A stretch of DNA of 61,644 nt, filler included. It is 6 parts of 6 records of this genome, joined end to end, with 100 filler letters (N's around TTAATTAATTAA, not from the genome) between each part and the next. Parts side by side here need not be neighbours in the genome. Positions count along the whole stretch, not along the records: positions 46,125 to 52,247 come from SRR31156797_21964; positions 52,348 to 61,644 come from SRR31156797_21973; 4 more parts are not named here. One strand, given 5' to 3'. The position numbers and the translations under genes were made by a program. Below, one piece after another: positions 49,101 to 58,700 of the stretch (position 1 is its first letter; the number at the start of each line of letters is the position of its first letter). Below the pieces are notes generated by a model. It did not search any database and was not told the origin of the DNA. It saw only the letters and a list, made by a program, of their open reading frames with translations.

Positions 49101-50238
49101 TGGAGACGGAATGTCATGGGCAACTCCTTTCAAGTCTTTTCATGATGCCACAGACTATATCGAATCAAGTGGAAGAATCGGAACTATCTTTGTTAAGGGC
49201 GGCACATGCTCTTACTCTGAAATTGGTGAAAGTAAGGACAGCATTGTTGCACTTAGAGATGAAATTAAGATCTATGGAGGATTTGCAGGAACTGAAAAAT
49301 ACCTTAGAGAAAGAGTTGACCCTTCTGCAGCACCAACTGTTCTTGATGGTCAAATGAACGAGATAACCATCGTTAAGATAGCAGACGGTAGTGATGAGAA
49401 CGTCATTGACGGATTTGTAATCAAAAACGGTTATGCCGGCGGGTTCTATGGAGCTCTTCTGACTGGCTCTATTGTTGCCAACTGCATTTTTGAAGGAAAT
49501 AAAGCCCAGTATGGTGGAGCAATGCACATAACTGGATCGCCTTACCACACAGTTGACCCTGCTTTAATAGTCAACTCGGCTTTCGTTGGCAATCAGGCAG
49601 CCGGAAACAATACCGGGGGTGCGATCTATTTCAATCATAGAGATTCTACAAATATTGAGATTTCCAACTGTAATTTTATTCATAACTCTGTTAATAATCT
49701 CGCAACGACCGGAGCTGCAATTTATGTTCAGGGCACTTCAACATATTTTGATATAAAAAACTCTATTTTCAGACAGAATACCAGCAAAAGGAACAGTGGT
49801 ATCGAACAGGTTCATCTTGCTGATGAAACTAACCTAACTTTTTCTATCGTTGATACAGACCCTGAATTCATCAACGCTCCGGAATTCTTTGCAATTTCAA
49901 ATGATCCAGGCACGGATTCACGTATTGACCTATACTCAACCATCACTGGTCTGACTACTGATCATCTAGTTGAAATTAATAACGACGGCGTTTTAAGAAG
50001 CATAACATCGATAAGTGGAGCTTCTGTTAATTTCTCTCCCTCACTTGCCAATCCAACTGAGGAAGGAGACAGTGCACAATTTTTTAAAACCGGAACAACT
50101 TCAGCTGACCTTGACATGCAGCTTTCAGGATCTTCTTCATGTATAGATAACGGCACTTTTGCAGGTGAATCCATCAGAGATTACTCAGGAAATGAGCGTG
50201 ATAAGGATGCTTTTGATATTGGAATTTATGAATACTGA
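46126..50238 (+). CDS. Large extracellular protein: Cys-containing cadherin-like repeats plus two parallel beta-helix (GGA-repeat) modules; 5' truncated
   Basis: Frame is open from the contig edge; NxxP..DxD..DG repeats; G..W...F, VLDG, IDGF, F..N....GGA repeats; DMGAYE and DIGIYE ends. Confidence 0.85.
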   Translation, partial: SINESIVLDSGDTCGGYIDTSGQEDLYSFTPSESFGPGSCVAKIKDTVSGETAQAEITINEVNAPPKFTSSDFDGFDFGETYLSTRTFYFSDDDDPRELETDPGFASCSVRDNTCGVELDILNEIYSCTLSGTMPEELSSGDCSFKLVLTDGYGEETVETVSSALIEKNEAPVWSDMPWSIEVNANSTASKINGKAADTDLPNKNDGDPGYLSCIYDSDTCTFDVAVSSVRDADGSVSCKIDFTSNDIETCTVQYSVTDGIKSIYSGNVQIKVNATLSIDCPDTVNELEELICDISPNGGTPTIGTVAQSCNGSVVNENGQWKYKKTFNENDGPKTCKAGVAIGSLTAEDSVDVLEVNTTPELSFNGDCSTPDSASGTEGTDFYCYANISDADSPNLIATDPGFTTCEIKDNTCGDWLIFNTGCDGSGNPDEESGDTECSYTVEVSDGYGAKTSQTVTISIAELNATPEFTTTPATEYHLLSGEHFEFTYSASDSDLPTSSDSAPGYLKCNLISDEAQSTITSTGEGPATVTCNVEIDAYSDEECAFGCPVQFIVEDGYGRTRTQHSYIFVRKCVFFVKPDGTGSEGRDWNDAFGTVQKAVNKAWDGCEIWVQQGTYTNPIQDGSPVVTMKPGVKIIGGFEGDEVYDHSIEDKKYRPGQPIVHSVLDGENASYHVVVGSLDHASIDGFIITGGNANGTEDDEKVGGGMYNKATESSFSEPFVKHCIFAGNYAQNDGGAVYNEGFSSPRTEFYRCLFYENSSDRFGGAVFTKDAANLEYKECEFVKNTSNNGGALTEYNSASVVEKSVFKDNKALVTESMGGAGGAILLTWESAVIIENSIFIENEAETFGGAIDGGENDLLIADHVTFVNNTSSVAGSEAVYGMEGQIKNSIFWNNGITSTELMITYSFGTGDSGTGNINSMPSGSGMFINEENDLHLDPTSPAIDSGHPSPHLSDDIEGTERPLGDFSDMGAYEHLSVGAKFYINCEAASSGDGMSWATPFKSFHDATDYIESSGRIGTIFVKGGTCSYSEIGESKDSIVALRDEIKIYGGFAGTEKYLRERVDPSAAPTVLDGQMNEITIVKIADGSDENVIDGFVIKNGYAGGFYGALLTGSIVANCIFEGNKAQYGGAMHITGSPYHTVDPALIVNSAFVGNQAAGNNTGGAIYFNHRDSTNIEISNCNFIHNSVNNLATTGAAIYVQGTSTYFDIKNSIFRQNTSKRNSGIEQVHLADETNLTFSIVDTDPEFINAPEFFAISNDPGTDSRIDLYSTITGLTTDHLVEINNDGVLRSITSISGASVNFSPSLANPTEEGDSAQFFKTGTTSADLDMQLSGSSSCIDNGTFAGESIRDYSGNERDKDAFDIGIYEY

Positions 50239-50253
50239 CAAGGACAACAATCT

Positions 50254-50829
50254 ATGAAATTAACCACTTTCCTATTTCTCTTGCTTTTATCATCTTCTCT
50301 CTACAGCCACCCACACATGTTCATCACCAGTAAAAGCTCTGTGGTTTTTAACTCTGAAAAGCTTGAAGGCATCTTTGTTGAATGGACCTTTGATGATATG
50401 TTCAGTGAAACAATTATCAGTGAATACGATAAGGATAAAAGCCGTTCGTTTAGCGTAAAAGAAACAGCAGTAATAAAGAGAAATGCCTTTGATTATGTTG
50501 CAGAAAGCAAATACTTCATTGACTTGAAGATCAACGGAAAGGTTAAAACTGTTAACAAGGTTGAGAATTTTATTGCTAAGATCAAAAAGAACAGACTCGT
50601 TTACAGGTTTTATGTTCCGCTTAACATAAAAGCATCCAAGAAAGAAGCCGTTGTGAACTTTTCTGTGTTTGATGAAACTTTCTATATTGCTTTTGACGTC
50701 AAAAAGCCCGAGGTTGAAACAAATGTTGCTCTAACTCAAAGCGTGACCGTCAAGGATTATGGAAAAGCGACAGATTATTATGGTCAGAGACCGTCAAAAG
50801 ACATCGTCGTAAAGTTTAAAAAGAAATGA
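50254..50829 (+). CDS. DUF1007-family periplasmic protein
   Basis: Signal peptide then HPHMF; EWTFDDMFS; FDETFY. Confidence 0.85.
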   Translation: MKLTTFLFLLLLSSSLYSHPHMFITSKSSVVFNSEKLEGIFVEWTFDDMFSETIISEYDKDKSRSFSVKETAVIKRNAFDYVAESKYFIDLKINGKVKTVNKVENFIAKIKKNRLVYRFYVPLNIKASKKEAVVNFSVFDETFYIAFDVKKPEVETNVALTQSVTVKDYGKATDYYGQRPSKDIVVKFKKK

Positions 50830-51698
50830 AAAGGCTAATACTTCTATTAATAATCCTCGCAGTTTTTGTTAACCTTGCTGCAGGTGGCAACCCTTTTCTA
50901 AGCAAAAAAGCTAATAAGAAAAATACGGAGCAGGTTGTGAATAAGCCGGCAACCGAACTGCCATTTATGGAAAAGATCATAAAGATCCAAAGAAAATTGA
51001 ACTCCAAACTTTCTTTGATGATCAGAGAAACAAAGGAAGACCCGTCATTTGGAACCATCCTCTTAGCTTTAATAATATCCTTTATCTACGGGATGATACA
51101 TTCTCTAGGCCCCGGGCATGGAAAGATCTTTGCAACAAGCTACTTTTTATCCAATAGATCCAAATACTTAAATGGAGTAATTCTTGGATTCTCAACTGGA
51201 ATCATTCATGCCTTAAGCGCTATCATTTCAGTTACTTTACTATATTTCATTTTGTCAAACGGATCTATGAAGAACATTGATGAACTAAATATTACTATGC
51301 AGAAGATCAGTTACTTTGTTATCATTCTTGTCGGAGGGTTTCTTCTGTATTCCTCACTCAAACACAAGCATGATAAAAATGAAAAGAAGAACAGAAGTTT
51401 AATGTCAATTGCAATTGCTGTCGGGATAGTCCCCTGCCCTGGAACTACGATAGTTCTAGTTTTTTCTATGACTTTGGGGATCTATATTTTTGGAGTTGCA
51501 CTAGCTGGTGCTATGGCCCTGGGAATGGGCACAACTATCAGTCTTGCGGGTCTTTTTGCGATCTTTTTTAATCGACAAGGCAAGAAACTCAGTTTGAATA
51601 TTGTGAAAAGCGGTGCAGTTCTTGAAAAAGCCCTTAACGTTTTGGGTGCAATTGTAATAATACTTTTAGGATCAATACTTTTTATAGGAACTTTGTAA
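50826..51698 (+). CDS. Nickel/cobalt transporter (NicO/RcnA-like)
   Basis: YGMIHSLGPGHGK, GIVPCPG, AMALGM. Confidence 0.9.
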   Translation: MKRLILLLIILAVFVNLAAGGNPFLSKKANKKNTEQVVNKPATELPFMEKIIKIQRKLNSKLSLMIRETKEDPSFGTILLALIISFIYGMIHSLGPGHGKIFATSYFLSNRSKYLNGVILGFSTGIIHALSAIISVTLLYFILSNGSMKNIDELNITMQKISYFVIILVGGFLLYSSLKHKHDKNEKKNRSLMSIAIAVGIVPCPGTTIVLVFSMTLGIYIFGVALAGAMALGMGTTISLAGLFAIFFNRQGKKLSLNIVKSGAVLEKALNVLGAIVIILLGSILFIGTL

Positions 51699-51786
51699 AA
51701 CTATTCGTTCAAAATCTCCTTGATAAAAACTAAACCTTCGATACACTAAATACAAGATTGATTAATTTTTTAGGGGTGCCAACTCC

Positions 51787-52247
51787 ATGTGTAAACTTGT
51801 TTTATTTATGGCCTCAGTTTCAACTGTTTTTATTCTTTCCTGCAGTGATGGTCAGGGAACAGATAAAGATAACGTTAATTCAGACAATGATAGCTCAGAA
51901 GCTTTAACAGATTTAGACTCATCTGAACAAAGTGATATTGATTCAAAGGAACAAGATGATGCGGATAATGTTCCTAATCCTTGTGCTGAAAATCCATGTA
52001 ACGATCTGGAGTGCAAACCTTCAGAAACTGTTGAAGGAAGTGAAATATACACTGGTGATTTTGTTTGTTCAGACTCAGACAAAGATTATGTCTGGTCAGA
52101 CATAAACAACAATGTGGTACTTATTGATTCAGCTAAGAAATACTGTAAGAATCTTGTTGTTGCCGGATACGACGATTGGCAGCTTCCAACATTAAATAAT
52201 TTGCGAGAAATTATTAAAAACTGTCCAGCTAATGAAATAAGTGGTGG
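51787..52247 (+). CDS. Lipoprotein with DUF1566 (Lcl)-like domain, truncated
   Basis: Lipobox ILS-C, Asp-rich linker, A.KYC.NL..AGYDDWQLPT. Confidence 0.8.
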
Positions 52248-52347
52248 NNNNNNNNNNNNNNNNNNNNNNNNNNNNNNNNNNNNNNNNNNNNTTAATTAAT
52301 TAANNNNNNNNNNNNNNNNNNNNNNNNNNNNNNNNNNNNNNNNNNNN
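52248..52347. other. Artificial contig linker
   Basis: 44 N + TTAATTAATTAA + 44 N. Confidence 0.99.
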
Positions 52348-52588
52348 TACCTGAAGATTCAGGTCCATAAATTTCAACTACCCTGCCTTTTGGCAAACCG
52401 CCAATTCCCAAAGCAGAATCCAAACCAATAGAACCTGTTGAAATTGCCGGTAAATTTTCTACCGGCGAATCGCCGAGTTTCATAATGGTTCCTTTTCCAT
52501 AGTGTTTTTCGATATTACCCAGCGTACGCTCCAGTGCCTGTAATTTCTCAGATTTGATCTTATCTGCGTTATTTGTTTCTTTAGCCAT
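52348..52588 (-). CDS. recA: RecA, N-terminal fragment
   Basis: [45 protein letters not shown]. Confidence 0.98.
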
Positions 52589-52612
52589 ACAATTTGGTTT
52601 TTTATTTAATGA

Positions 52613-53077
52613 TTAATCATTCATTGCCTCAAGAATCTGGGCTGCATGATCTTTAGTTTTTACTTTTTTAAATACCTTTTCAATTTTACCTTCCTCATCA
52701 ATTACATATGTGGTTCTCAGCAGGCCCTCATATTCCTTACCATACATTTTTTTCAGGCCCCATGCACCAAATGCTTTTATCACCTCTTTTTCCGTGTCTG
52801 CCAGCAGGATAAAAGGCAAGTTGTATTTCTCAGCAAATTTTTTCTGTTTTTCCTGTTTGTCAGGGCTAACGCCAATTATCTTAAAGCCCTTTGCCATTAA
52901 ATCATCATAATTATCCCTGAGGTTACAACTTTCGGCTGTGCAGCCGGGCGTATCCGCTTTGGGATAAAAATACAATATTACTTTATCTCCTCTAAATTCT
53001 GACAGAGTTATGGTTTCTCCATCCTGGTTTTTTACACTAAAGTCCGGGGCAAAATCCCCCACATTTAAATATGCCAT
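52613..53077 (-). CDS. bcp: Thioredoxin-dependent thiol peroxidase BCP
   Basis: [16 protein letters not shown]. Confidence 0.96.
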   Translation of the reverse strand: MAYLNVGDFAPDFSVKNQDGETITLSEFRGDKVILYFYPKADTPGCTAESCNLRDNYDDLMAKGFKIIGVSPDKQEKQKKFAEKYNLPFILLADTEKEVIKAFGAWGLKKMYGKEYEGLLRTTYVIDEEGKIEKVFKKVKTKDHAAQILEAMND

Positions 53078-53099
53078 GATATTAGAATTTTATATTTAT

Positions 53100-53107
53100 C
53101 AAAGTTA
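53100..53107 (-). promoter_or_regulatory. Bacteroidetes -7 promoter element for bcp-recA
   Basis: TAACTTTG matches TAnnTTTG. Confidence 0.6.
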
Positions 53108-53176
53108 ACGAATGCAAATCCCGGCAGTTTTTTATTTAAGAAATATTAACCCCGGTGATCCAGGCCTACATAAAAA

Positions 53177-53821
53177 TTACAGCTTATCAACCTTTTCAAA
53201 ATATTTACAGAAATGCGAGATATTACATTGATTGCATTTCGGCTTACGGGCCTGGCATACATATCTCCCATGAAGTATTAGCCAGTGGTGAGCTCTTTTG
53301 ATATATTGCTCAGGAATATGTTTCACCAGTTGTTTTTCGGTATCAAGTGGTGTTTTTGAATGGGTTGATAATCCTAACCTTGCTGAAACCCTAAATACAT
53401 GCGTATCAACCGCCATTGCCGGTTTATCGAACACAACTGAGGCAACAACATTTGCCGTCTTCCTTCCCACACCAGGTAACCTCTGTAACTCATTTACCGC
53501 TGAAGGAACATTACCCCCAAAGTCATCCATAAGCATTTTTGCCATTCCAATCAGGTGCTTTGTTTTATTATTGGGATAAGAACAGCTTTTGATCAACTCA
53601 AAAACATCCTCGGCGGAAGCTTTGGAAAGTGATTCAGCATCAGGATAACGTGTAAAAATTGCAGGCGTCAGCATATTCACTCTTTTATCCGTACACTGTG
53701 CTGAAAGGATAACAGCCACGATTAATTCATAAGGATCTACATACACCAGTTCAGTATCTGCTTCAGGTTGTTGTTTTGAGAAATATTCAATAAATTGCCT
53801 GAATCGTTCCTTTTTTGTCAT
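53177..53821 (-). CDS. nth: Endonuclease III
   Basis: LSAQCTD, LPGVGRKTA, VDTH, C.ARKPKC..C.....C Fe-S motif; start MTKKE. Confidence 0.97.
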   Translation of the reverse strand: MTKKERFRQFIEYFSKQQPEADTELVYVDPYELIVAVILSAQCTDKRVNMLTPAIFTRYPDAESLSKASAEDVFELIKSCSYPNNKTKHLIGMAKMLMDDFGGNVPSAVNELQRLPGVGRKTANVVASVVFDKPAMAVDTHVFRVSARLGLSTHSKTPLDTEKQLVKHIPEQYIKRAHHWLILHGRYVCQARKPKCNQCNISHFCKYFEKVDKL

Positions 53822-53843
53822 TGTGGAAATTTTGCACAAAAAT

Positions 53844-53872
53844 AAAAAAGCCACCTTTTTGTAGGTGGCTTT
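53844..53872 (-). terminator. Rho-independent terminator after the ECF sigma locus
   Basis: AAAGCCACCT-loop-AGGTGGCTTTTTT on the minus strand. Confidence 0.8.
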
Positions 53873-53903
53873 GTTAATTTCTTTTGTCTGCGCTTAACAG
53901 ACG

Positions 53904-54170
53904 CTAGTTTAAAAGTAAACTAAATTTACCTGATTTTTCTGTTGAATTCACAGATAATGCTTTAGAATAATTTAAAATGTTGTTAATTGTTGATTTGCTC
54001 GGACCGACCTTTTTACTTGCAAAATATTGTTTGAGCCTGCAAATTGTGTTGTACTCTTTCGTCAGAAACGAGTTGCCTCTGATCACGTTGCGATAACTCT
54101 CTCCATCAATATTCTCAGGTTCAGTGTAAGCAAACAGAATTAAGTCATTAAGTGTAAAAGAACGGTGCAT
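53904..54170 (-). CDS. Small hypothetical protein downstream of ECF sigma (possible soluble anti-sigma)
   Basis: 88 aa; FT..DLI.FAY.E and PS..TI.NILNYSK motifs; adjacent to sigma. Confidence 0.7.
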   Translation of the reverse strand: MHRSFTLNDLILFAYTEPENIDGESYRNVIRGNSFLTKEYNTICRLKQYFASKKVGPSKSTINNILNYSKALSVNSTEKSGKFSLLLN

Positions 54171-54255
54171 AGGCTACATTGTTTGTTGATACTCAATTTA
54201 CCCAAAGTTAACGATGCACCGTACAGGTTTATTACACCCTGATCTAAAATGAATT

Positions 54256-54843
54256 CTATTTCGTAAGAATCACATTCTTTTCCTTAATAATCTTCCTCAG
54301 GTTGATGAGTGCATATCGCATCCGGCCAAGGGCTGTATTGATACTTACATCAGTTTGTTCAGCAATATCTTTAAAGCTCATTTCTGAATAATGGCGCATG
54401 AACAATACCTCTTTCTGCTCTGGCGGAAGATATTCGATAAGCTTACGCACATCACTATGAATCTGATCAGTTATCATCTGATCTTCAACTGATGGATCAG
54501 TAAAACGAATGGTATCAAATATATCAAAGTCGTCCTTATCATTTTCTATCACCGGGATTCGTTTGGATTTCCTGAAATAGTCAATAATCAGGTTGTGAGC
54601 AATACGCATAACCCACTGGATAAACTTACCTTCTTCTTTGTAAGCTCCTGATTTGATCGTATTGATCACCTTAATAAAGGTATCCTGGAAAATGTCGTCG
54701 GCGAGCTGCTTATCTTTCACCACCATCAGGATGTAAGCAAAAACCCTGTTTTGGTGACGGTGGATCAACTTTTCGAGACTGTACTGGTTACCTTTCAAAT
54801 ACTGACTAATCAAATCCTTATCACTCGGAATTTGAGTTTTCAT
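54256..54843 (-). CDS. ECF RNA polymerase sigma factor
   Basis: ADDIFQDTFIKV, WVMRIAHNLIIDYFRK, LPPEQKEV...SFKDIAEQ..VSINTALGRMRYA. Confidence 0.95.
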   Translation of the reverse strand: MKTQIPSDKDLISQYLKGNQYSLEKLIHRHQNRVFAYILMVVKDKQLADDIFQDTFIKVINTIKSGAYKEEGKFIQWVMRIAHNLIIDYFRKSKRIPVIENDKDDFDIFDTIRFTDPSVEDQMITDQIHSDVRKLIEYLPPEQKEVLFMRHYSEMSFKDIAEQTDVSINTALGRMRYALINLRKIIKEKNVILTK

Positions 54844-54956
54844 ATAGTCTCCTTTCTATGTTTGTTTTACAAAGCGTAGAAATTTATTCGATAACCTGTC
54901 TCCTATTTTTTAGTTTGAATATTATGATTATTAGTCACTTATCCTAAAAAGTTTGG

Positions 54957-55003
54957 CAAATATATACATTAAATATTTAACACCAAATTTTATTTTACAT
55001 TTG
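54957..55003. promoter_or_regulatory. Divergent Bacteroidetes -7 elements for ECF sigma (-) and uvrA (+)
   Basis: TATATTTG on minus (54964-54957); TACATTTG on plus (54996-55003). Confidence 0.55.
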
Positions 55004-55032
55004 TTGCCTTCAGAAAGGCATGAAAAATATGA

Positions 55033-57909
55033 TTGAAAAATCACAAAAAGCATGCCATAAAAGTAAATATTTGTAAGATGCCGCTCGGAGATTTCGATTC
55101 CTTAGACCCAAAAAAACATATTCTCATCAAGGGCGCACGCGTCCATAACCTCAAAAACATTGATGTTGCCATTCAGCGTAACAAATTGATTGTGATTACC
55201 GGACTTTCAGGGTCCGGGAAATCATCTTTGGCATTCGACACACTTTATGCTGATGGGCAAAGAAGGTATGTGGAAAGTCTGAGTTCATATGCCAGACAAT
55301 TTCTCGGGCGAATGCAAAAACCTGAGGTTGACTATATTAAAGGCATTTCACCTGCCATTGCTATCGAGCAAAAAGTAAATTCACGCAATCCAAGATCAAC
55401 CGTTGGAACTACTACTGAGGTATACGAGTACCTAAAATTATTATTCGCCAGGATTGGGAAAACGCTTTCTCCTGTTTCAGGACAGGAAGTCATGCGTCAC
55501 CGTGTGACCGATGTGGTAAATTTTATTGAAAAGTTACCGCCTAATAGCCGGGTCCTCATAACAAGTTTTATGAAAATCAAGGATAAGCGCAAGATAAATG
55601 AACAGCTCTCTGTTTTAATGCAGCAAGGATTTACGCGTATTTTTCCTGATGATAAAATAGTAAAAATTGAAGATGCTCTCAAGGAAAAGGGTGCCTTCAA
55701 AAAAAATAAAAATCTCGAACTTGTTATCGACAGGATAGCAGTTTCGGGTGATGAAGATCAACGATCGAGATTAGCTGATTCAGTGCAAACCGCCTTTTAT
55801 GAAGGTAATGGTAAGTGCAATATTTTGGTGGTTGAAGGTAAAAATATTAACCGCCATGTATTCTCAAATCGTTTTGAACTGGATGGAATTGAGTTTGAGG
55901 AACCCAGCGAAAACCTTTTCAGCTTCAATAATCCTTATGGCGCTTGCAAGCGGTGTGAGGGCTTTGGCAGTATAATTGGTATCGATGACGATCTCGTAAT
56001 ACCTGATAAAAGCCTATCGGTGTATCAGGGAGCAGTCGCACCCTGGAAAGGTGAAAAAATGGGTCAATGGAAAGATTGGTTTATCCTGAATGCACCAAAA
56101 TCGAACTTCCCGGTTCACAAACCCTACAGTGAATTGTCAGATGAACATCAGGAGTTGCTTTGGAATGGCAATGAACATCTTGAGGGTATTAACGAGTTTT
56201 TCAGGCAAGTAGAAGAACAGACTTATAAAATTCAATACCGGGTGATGCTTTCGCGATATCGCGGCAAAACAGTGTGCCCTGAATGCCGTGGAACCAGGCT
56301 TCGCAAGGACGCTTCATTTGTTAAAATTGCAACTAAATCCATCAGTGATCTTGTGCTGATGCCGCTTGAAAAACTTCAACAATTTTTCGATGGTATTAAG
56401 TTTTCAGATTATGACCGTCAGGTTTCGAAGCGTTTAATGGTTGAAATTACAAACCGTTTGAGTTTTCTGTGTGATGTGGGTTTGGGTTACCTTACCCTAA
56501 ACCGGCTTAGCTCGACGCTTTCAGGTGGTGAATCGCAGCGAATAAACCTGGCAACATCATTGGGAAGCAGCCTCGTTGGCTCCATGTATATCCTTGATGA
56601 ACCCAGCATTGGATTGCATTCAAGGGATACCTTCAGGCTGATAAAAGTATTGCAACGCCTCAAAAAATTGGGCAATACGGTGATTGTTGTTGAACATGAT
56701 GAAGACATCATTACCCATGCTGACCAGGTAATTGACATCGGACCAAAAGCCGGAAATTATGGCGGGGAACTGGTATTCTCCGGATCTCTGGACGAACTAA
56801 AAAGCAGCAACGGAAGCTTCACTGCCAAATACATCAACGGAAACCTTAAAATCCCTGTCCCTGAAATTCGCCGGAAATGGAACGACTCAATTGATTTGAA
56901 GGGATGCAGGGAAAACAACCTCAAAAATATTTCCACCAAGATCCCATTAAATATCCTCACGGTAATTACAGGTGTTAGCGGATCTGGAAAATCTTCACTG
57001 ATAAAAGGTGTTGTTTTCCCGGCCATCAAAAGACACATTGGCGGTTACACCGATAAAATAGGGAAATTCGATAAACTTGAAGGCGACCTGAAACGTGTTG
57101 AGGCTGTGGAGTTTGTCGATCAAAACCCCATTGGAAGGTCATCCCGATCCAACCCTGCAACCTATGTTAAGGCTTACGATGAAATCAGAACCCTTTATGC
57201 CGATCAGAAACTATCCAAAGTCCGTGGATATAAACCCGGTTATTTTTCATTTAACATCGAAGGTGGACGATGCGAGGAGTGTGAAGGTGAAGGCGTTGTA
57301 AAAATTGAAATGCAGTTTATGGCCGACATTTTCCTCAAATGTGAATCATGTGGCGGAAAACGGTTTAAAAACGATGTGCTGGATGTTACTTACAAAGGGA
57401 AAAATATCAGTGATGTCCTGGATATGACCATCAATGAATCAGTTAATTTTTTTAGCAAGGACAGCGAAAAAGCAACTGCAGTTGAAAAACGCATCATCAC
57501 AAAACTAAAGCCACTTCAGGATGTTGGCCTGGGATACCTTAAACTGGGTCAATCATCAAGCACACTTTCCGGTGGTGAAGCACAGCGGGTGAAACTGGCA
57601 TCATTTTTAACCAAAGGTGCTTCCGAACAGCGCACCATGTTTTTCTTTGATGAGCCAACCACCGGGCTCCATTTTCATGATATCAGCAACCTCTTGAGTG
57701 CATTTAATGCGCTGATTGAAAACGGACATACAATAGTAGTGATTGAGCACAACCCGGAAATTATCAAATCAGCCGACTGGATTATCGACCTGGGTCCGGA
57801 AGGTGGTGATGAGGGCGGGTATATCGTATTTGAAGGATTACCTGAAAAACTGATTGCGGAAAAAGCTTCATACACAGGAAATTTCCTGGCAGATAAGTTA
57901 AAGCATTAA
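55033..57909 (+). CDS. uvrA: Excinuclease ABC subunit A (start may be ATG 55078)
   Basis: GARVHNLKNI, GLSGSGKS, GVSGSGKS, two LSGGE signatures, zinc-finger CxxC pairs. Confidence 0.98.
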   Translation: MKNHKKHAIKVNICKMPLGDFDSLDPKKHILIKGARVHNLKNIDVAIQRNKLIVITGLSGSGKSSLAFDTLYADGQRRYVESLSSYARQFLGRMQKPEVDYIKGISPAIAIEQKVNSRNPRSTVGTTTEVYEYLKLLFARIGKTLSPVSGQEVMRHRVTDVVNFIEKLPPNSRVLITSFMKIKDKRKINEQLSVLMQQGFTRIFPDDKIVKIEDALKEKGAFKKNKNLELVIDRIAVSGDEDQRSRLADSVQTAFYEGNGKCNILVVEGKNINRHVFSNRFELDGIEFEEPSENLFSFNNPYGACKRCEGFGSIIGIDDDLVIPDKSLSVYQGAVAPWKGEKMGQWKDWFILNAPKSNFPVHKPYSELSDEHQELLWNGNEHLEGINEFFRQVEEQTYKIQYRVMLSRYRGKTVCPECRGTRLRKDASFVKIATKSISDLVLMPLEKLQQFFDGIKFSDYDRQVSKRLMVEITNRLSFLCDVGLGYLTLNRLSSTLSGGESQRINLATSLGSSLVGSMYILDEPSIGLHSRDTFRLIKVLQRLKKLGNTVIVVEHDEDIITHADQVIDIGPKAGNYGGELVFSGSLDELKSSNGSFTAKYINGNLKIPVPEIRRKWNDSIDLKGCRENNLKNISTKIPLNILTVITGVSGSGKSSLIKGVVFPAIKRHIGGYTDKIGKFDKLEGDLKRVEAVEFVDQNPIGRSSRSNPATYVKAYDEIRTLYADQKLSKVRGYKPGYFSFNIEGGRCEECEGEGVVKIEMQFMADIFLKCESCGGKRFKNDVLDVTYKGKNISDVLDMTINESVNFFSKDSEKATAVEKRIITKLKPLQDVGLGYLKLGQSSSTLSGGEAQRVKLASFLTKGASEQRTMFFFDEPTTGLHFHDISNLLSAFNALIENGHTIVVIEHNPEIIKSADWIIDLGPEGGDEGGYIVFEGLPEKLIAEKASYTGNFLADKLKH

Positions 57910-57963
57910 ATGCAGATGGAGCACAAATGAAATATATTCAACAATCACAAAATCCAAAGTAAA

Positions 57964-58275
57964 ATGATGCATCAGTATGTTCATATACTTGAAGCAACGG
58001 TGTTAATTTTATTTTTAAATCTTCCGTTCGGGTATTGGAGAGCAAATGTTAAACGGTTCTCACTGCAATGGATTTTGGCAGTGCACATTCCGGTCCCCAT
58101 CGTTATAGCAATTAGACTGTTGTCCGGCATTGGCTTTAATTGGATAACCTATCCTGTTTTTATTTTGGCCTTCTTTTTAGGCCAATTTCTTGGCGGCCGC
58201 ATCTACAAATCAAGAAAACAAAACCATGAGGTTAGTTCCTGTTTGTTTATGGATTTATTCAGATTGCACAAATAG
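57964..58275 (+). CDS. Hypothetical membrane protein
   Basis: NLPFGYWR...W.LAVH.PVP motif, hydrophobic segments. Confidence 0.8.
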   Translation: MMHQYVHILEATVLILFLNLPFGYWRANVKRFSLQWILAVHIPVPIVIAIRLLSGIGFNWITYPVFILAFFLGQFLGGRIYKSRKQNHEVSSCLFMDLFRLHK

Positions 58276-58286
58276 CAAAATATAAA

Positions 58287-58691
58287 ATGCAAAAAATCAT
58301 AACAATTGCCACCAATAAGCATAGCGCACTATACGATATCACCAGTTTTGTGGAAGAAATAGTTTTGGAGAGCGGAATCAAAACCGGAACTGTAAACGTT
58401 TATGCCCAGGGTGCCACAGCTGCAATCATGATCCAGGAAAACTGGGATGATTCTGTACAAACCGATGTTGTTAATCTGCTTGCAAAATTGATCCCAAATG
58501 GTGTTTGGTTGCACGATGCCCAGGATGGGAACGGAGATTCACACCTGAAAGCCGGCATTGTTGGCCCCAGCGAAACCATACCTGTTATAGATGGAAAAAT
58601 GGGATTATCCACATGGCAAAATATTTTTTTCTGTGAATTTGACGGGCCCAGGCAAAACAGGAAGATTGCTGTTACAATAACAAGTTGCTGA
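58287..58691 (+). CDS. yjbQ: YjbQ/UPF0047 family protein
   Basis: GNGDSHLKA, LSTWQ.IFFCEFDGPR. Confidence 0.93.
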   Translation: MQKIITIATNKHSALYDITSFVEEIVLESGIKTGTVNVYAQGATAAIMIQENWDDSVQTDVVNLLAKLIPNGVWLHDAQDGNGDSHLKAGIVGPSETIPVIDGKMGLSTWQNIFFCEFDGPRQNRKIAVTITSC

Positions 58692-58700
58692 TTATTCCAG

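Noticed and set aside
24731..52347. TTAATTAATTAA occurring five times between N runs, as a biological repeat
   Set aside because: Identical 100-nt construct at each junction; an assembly concatenation linker
52348..57909. recA-bcp-nth-uvrA as a novel repair or defence island
   Set aside because: Ordinary housekeeping genes; no SOS-box-like shared palindrome or defence genes seen
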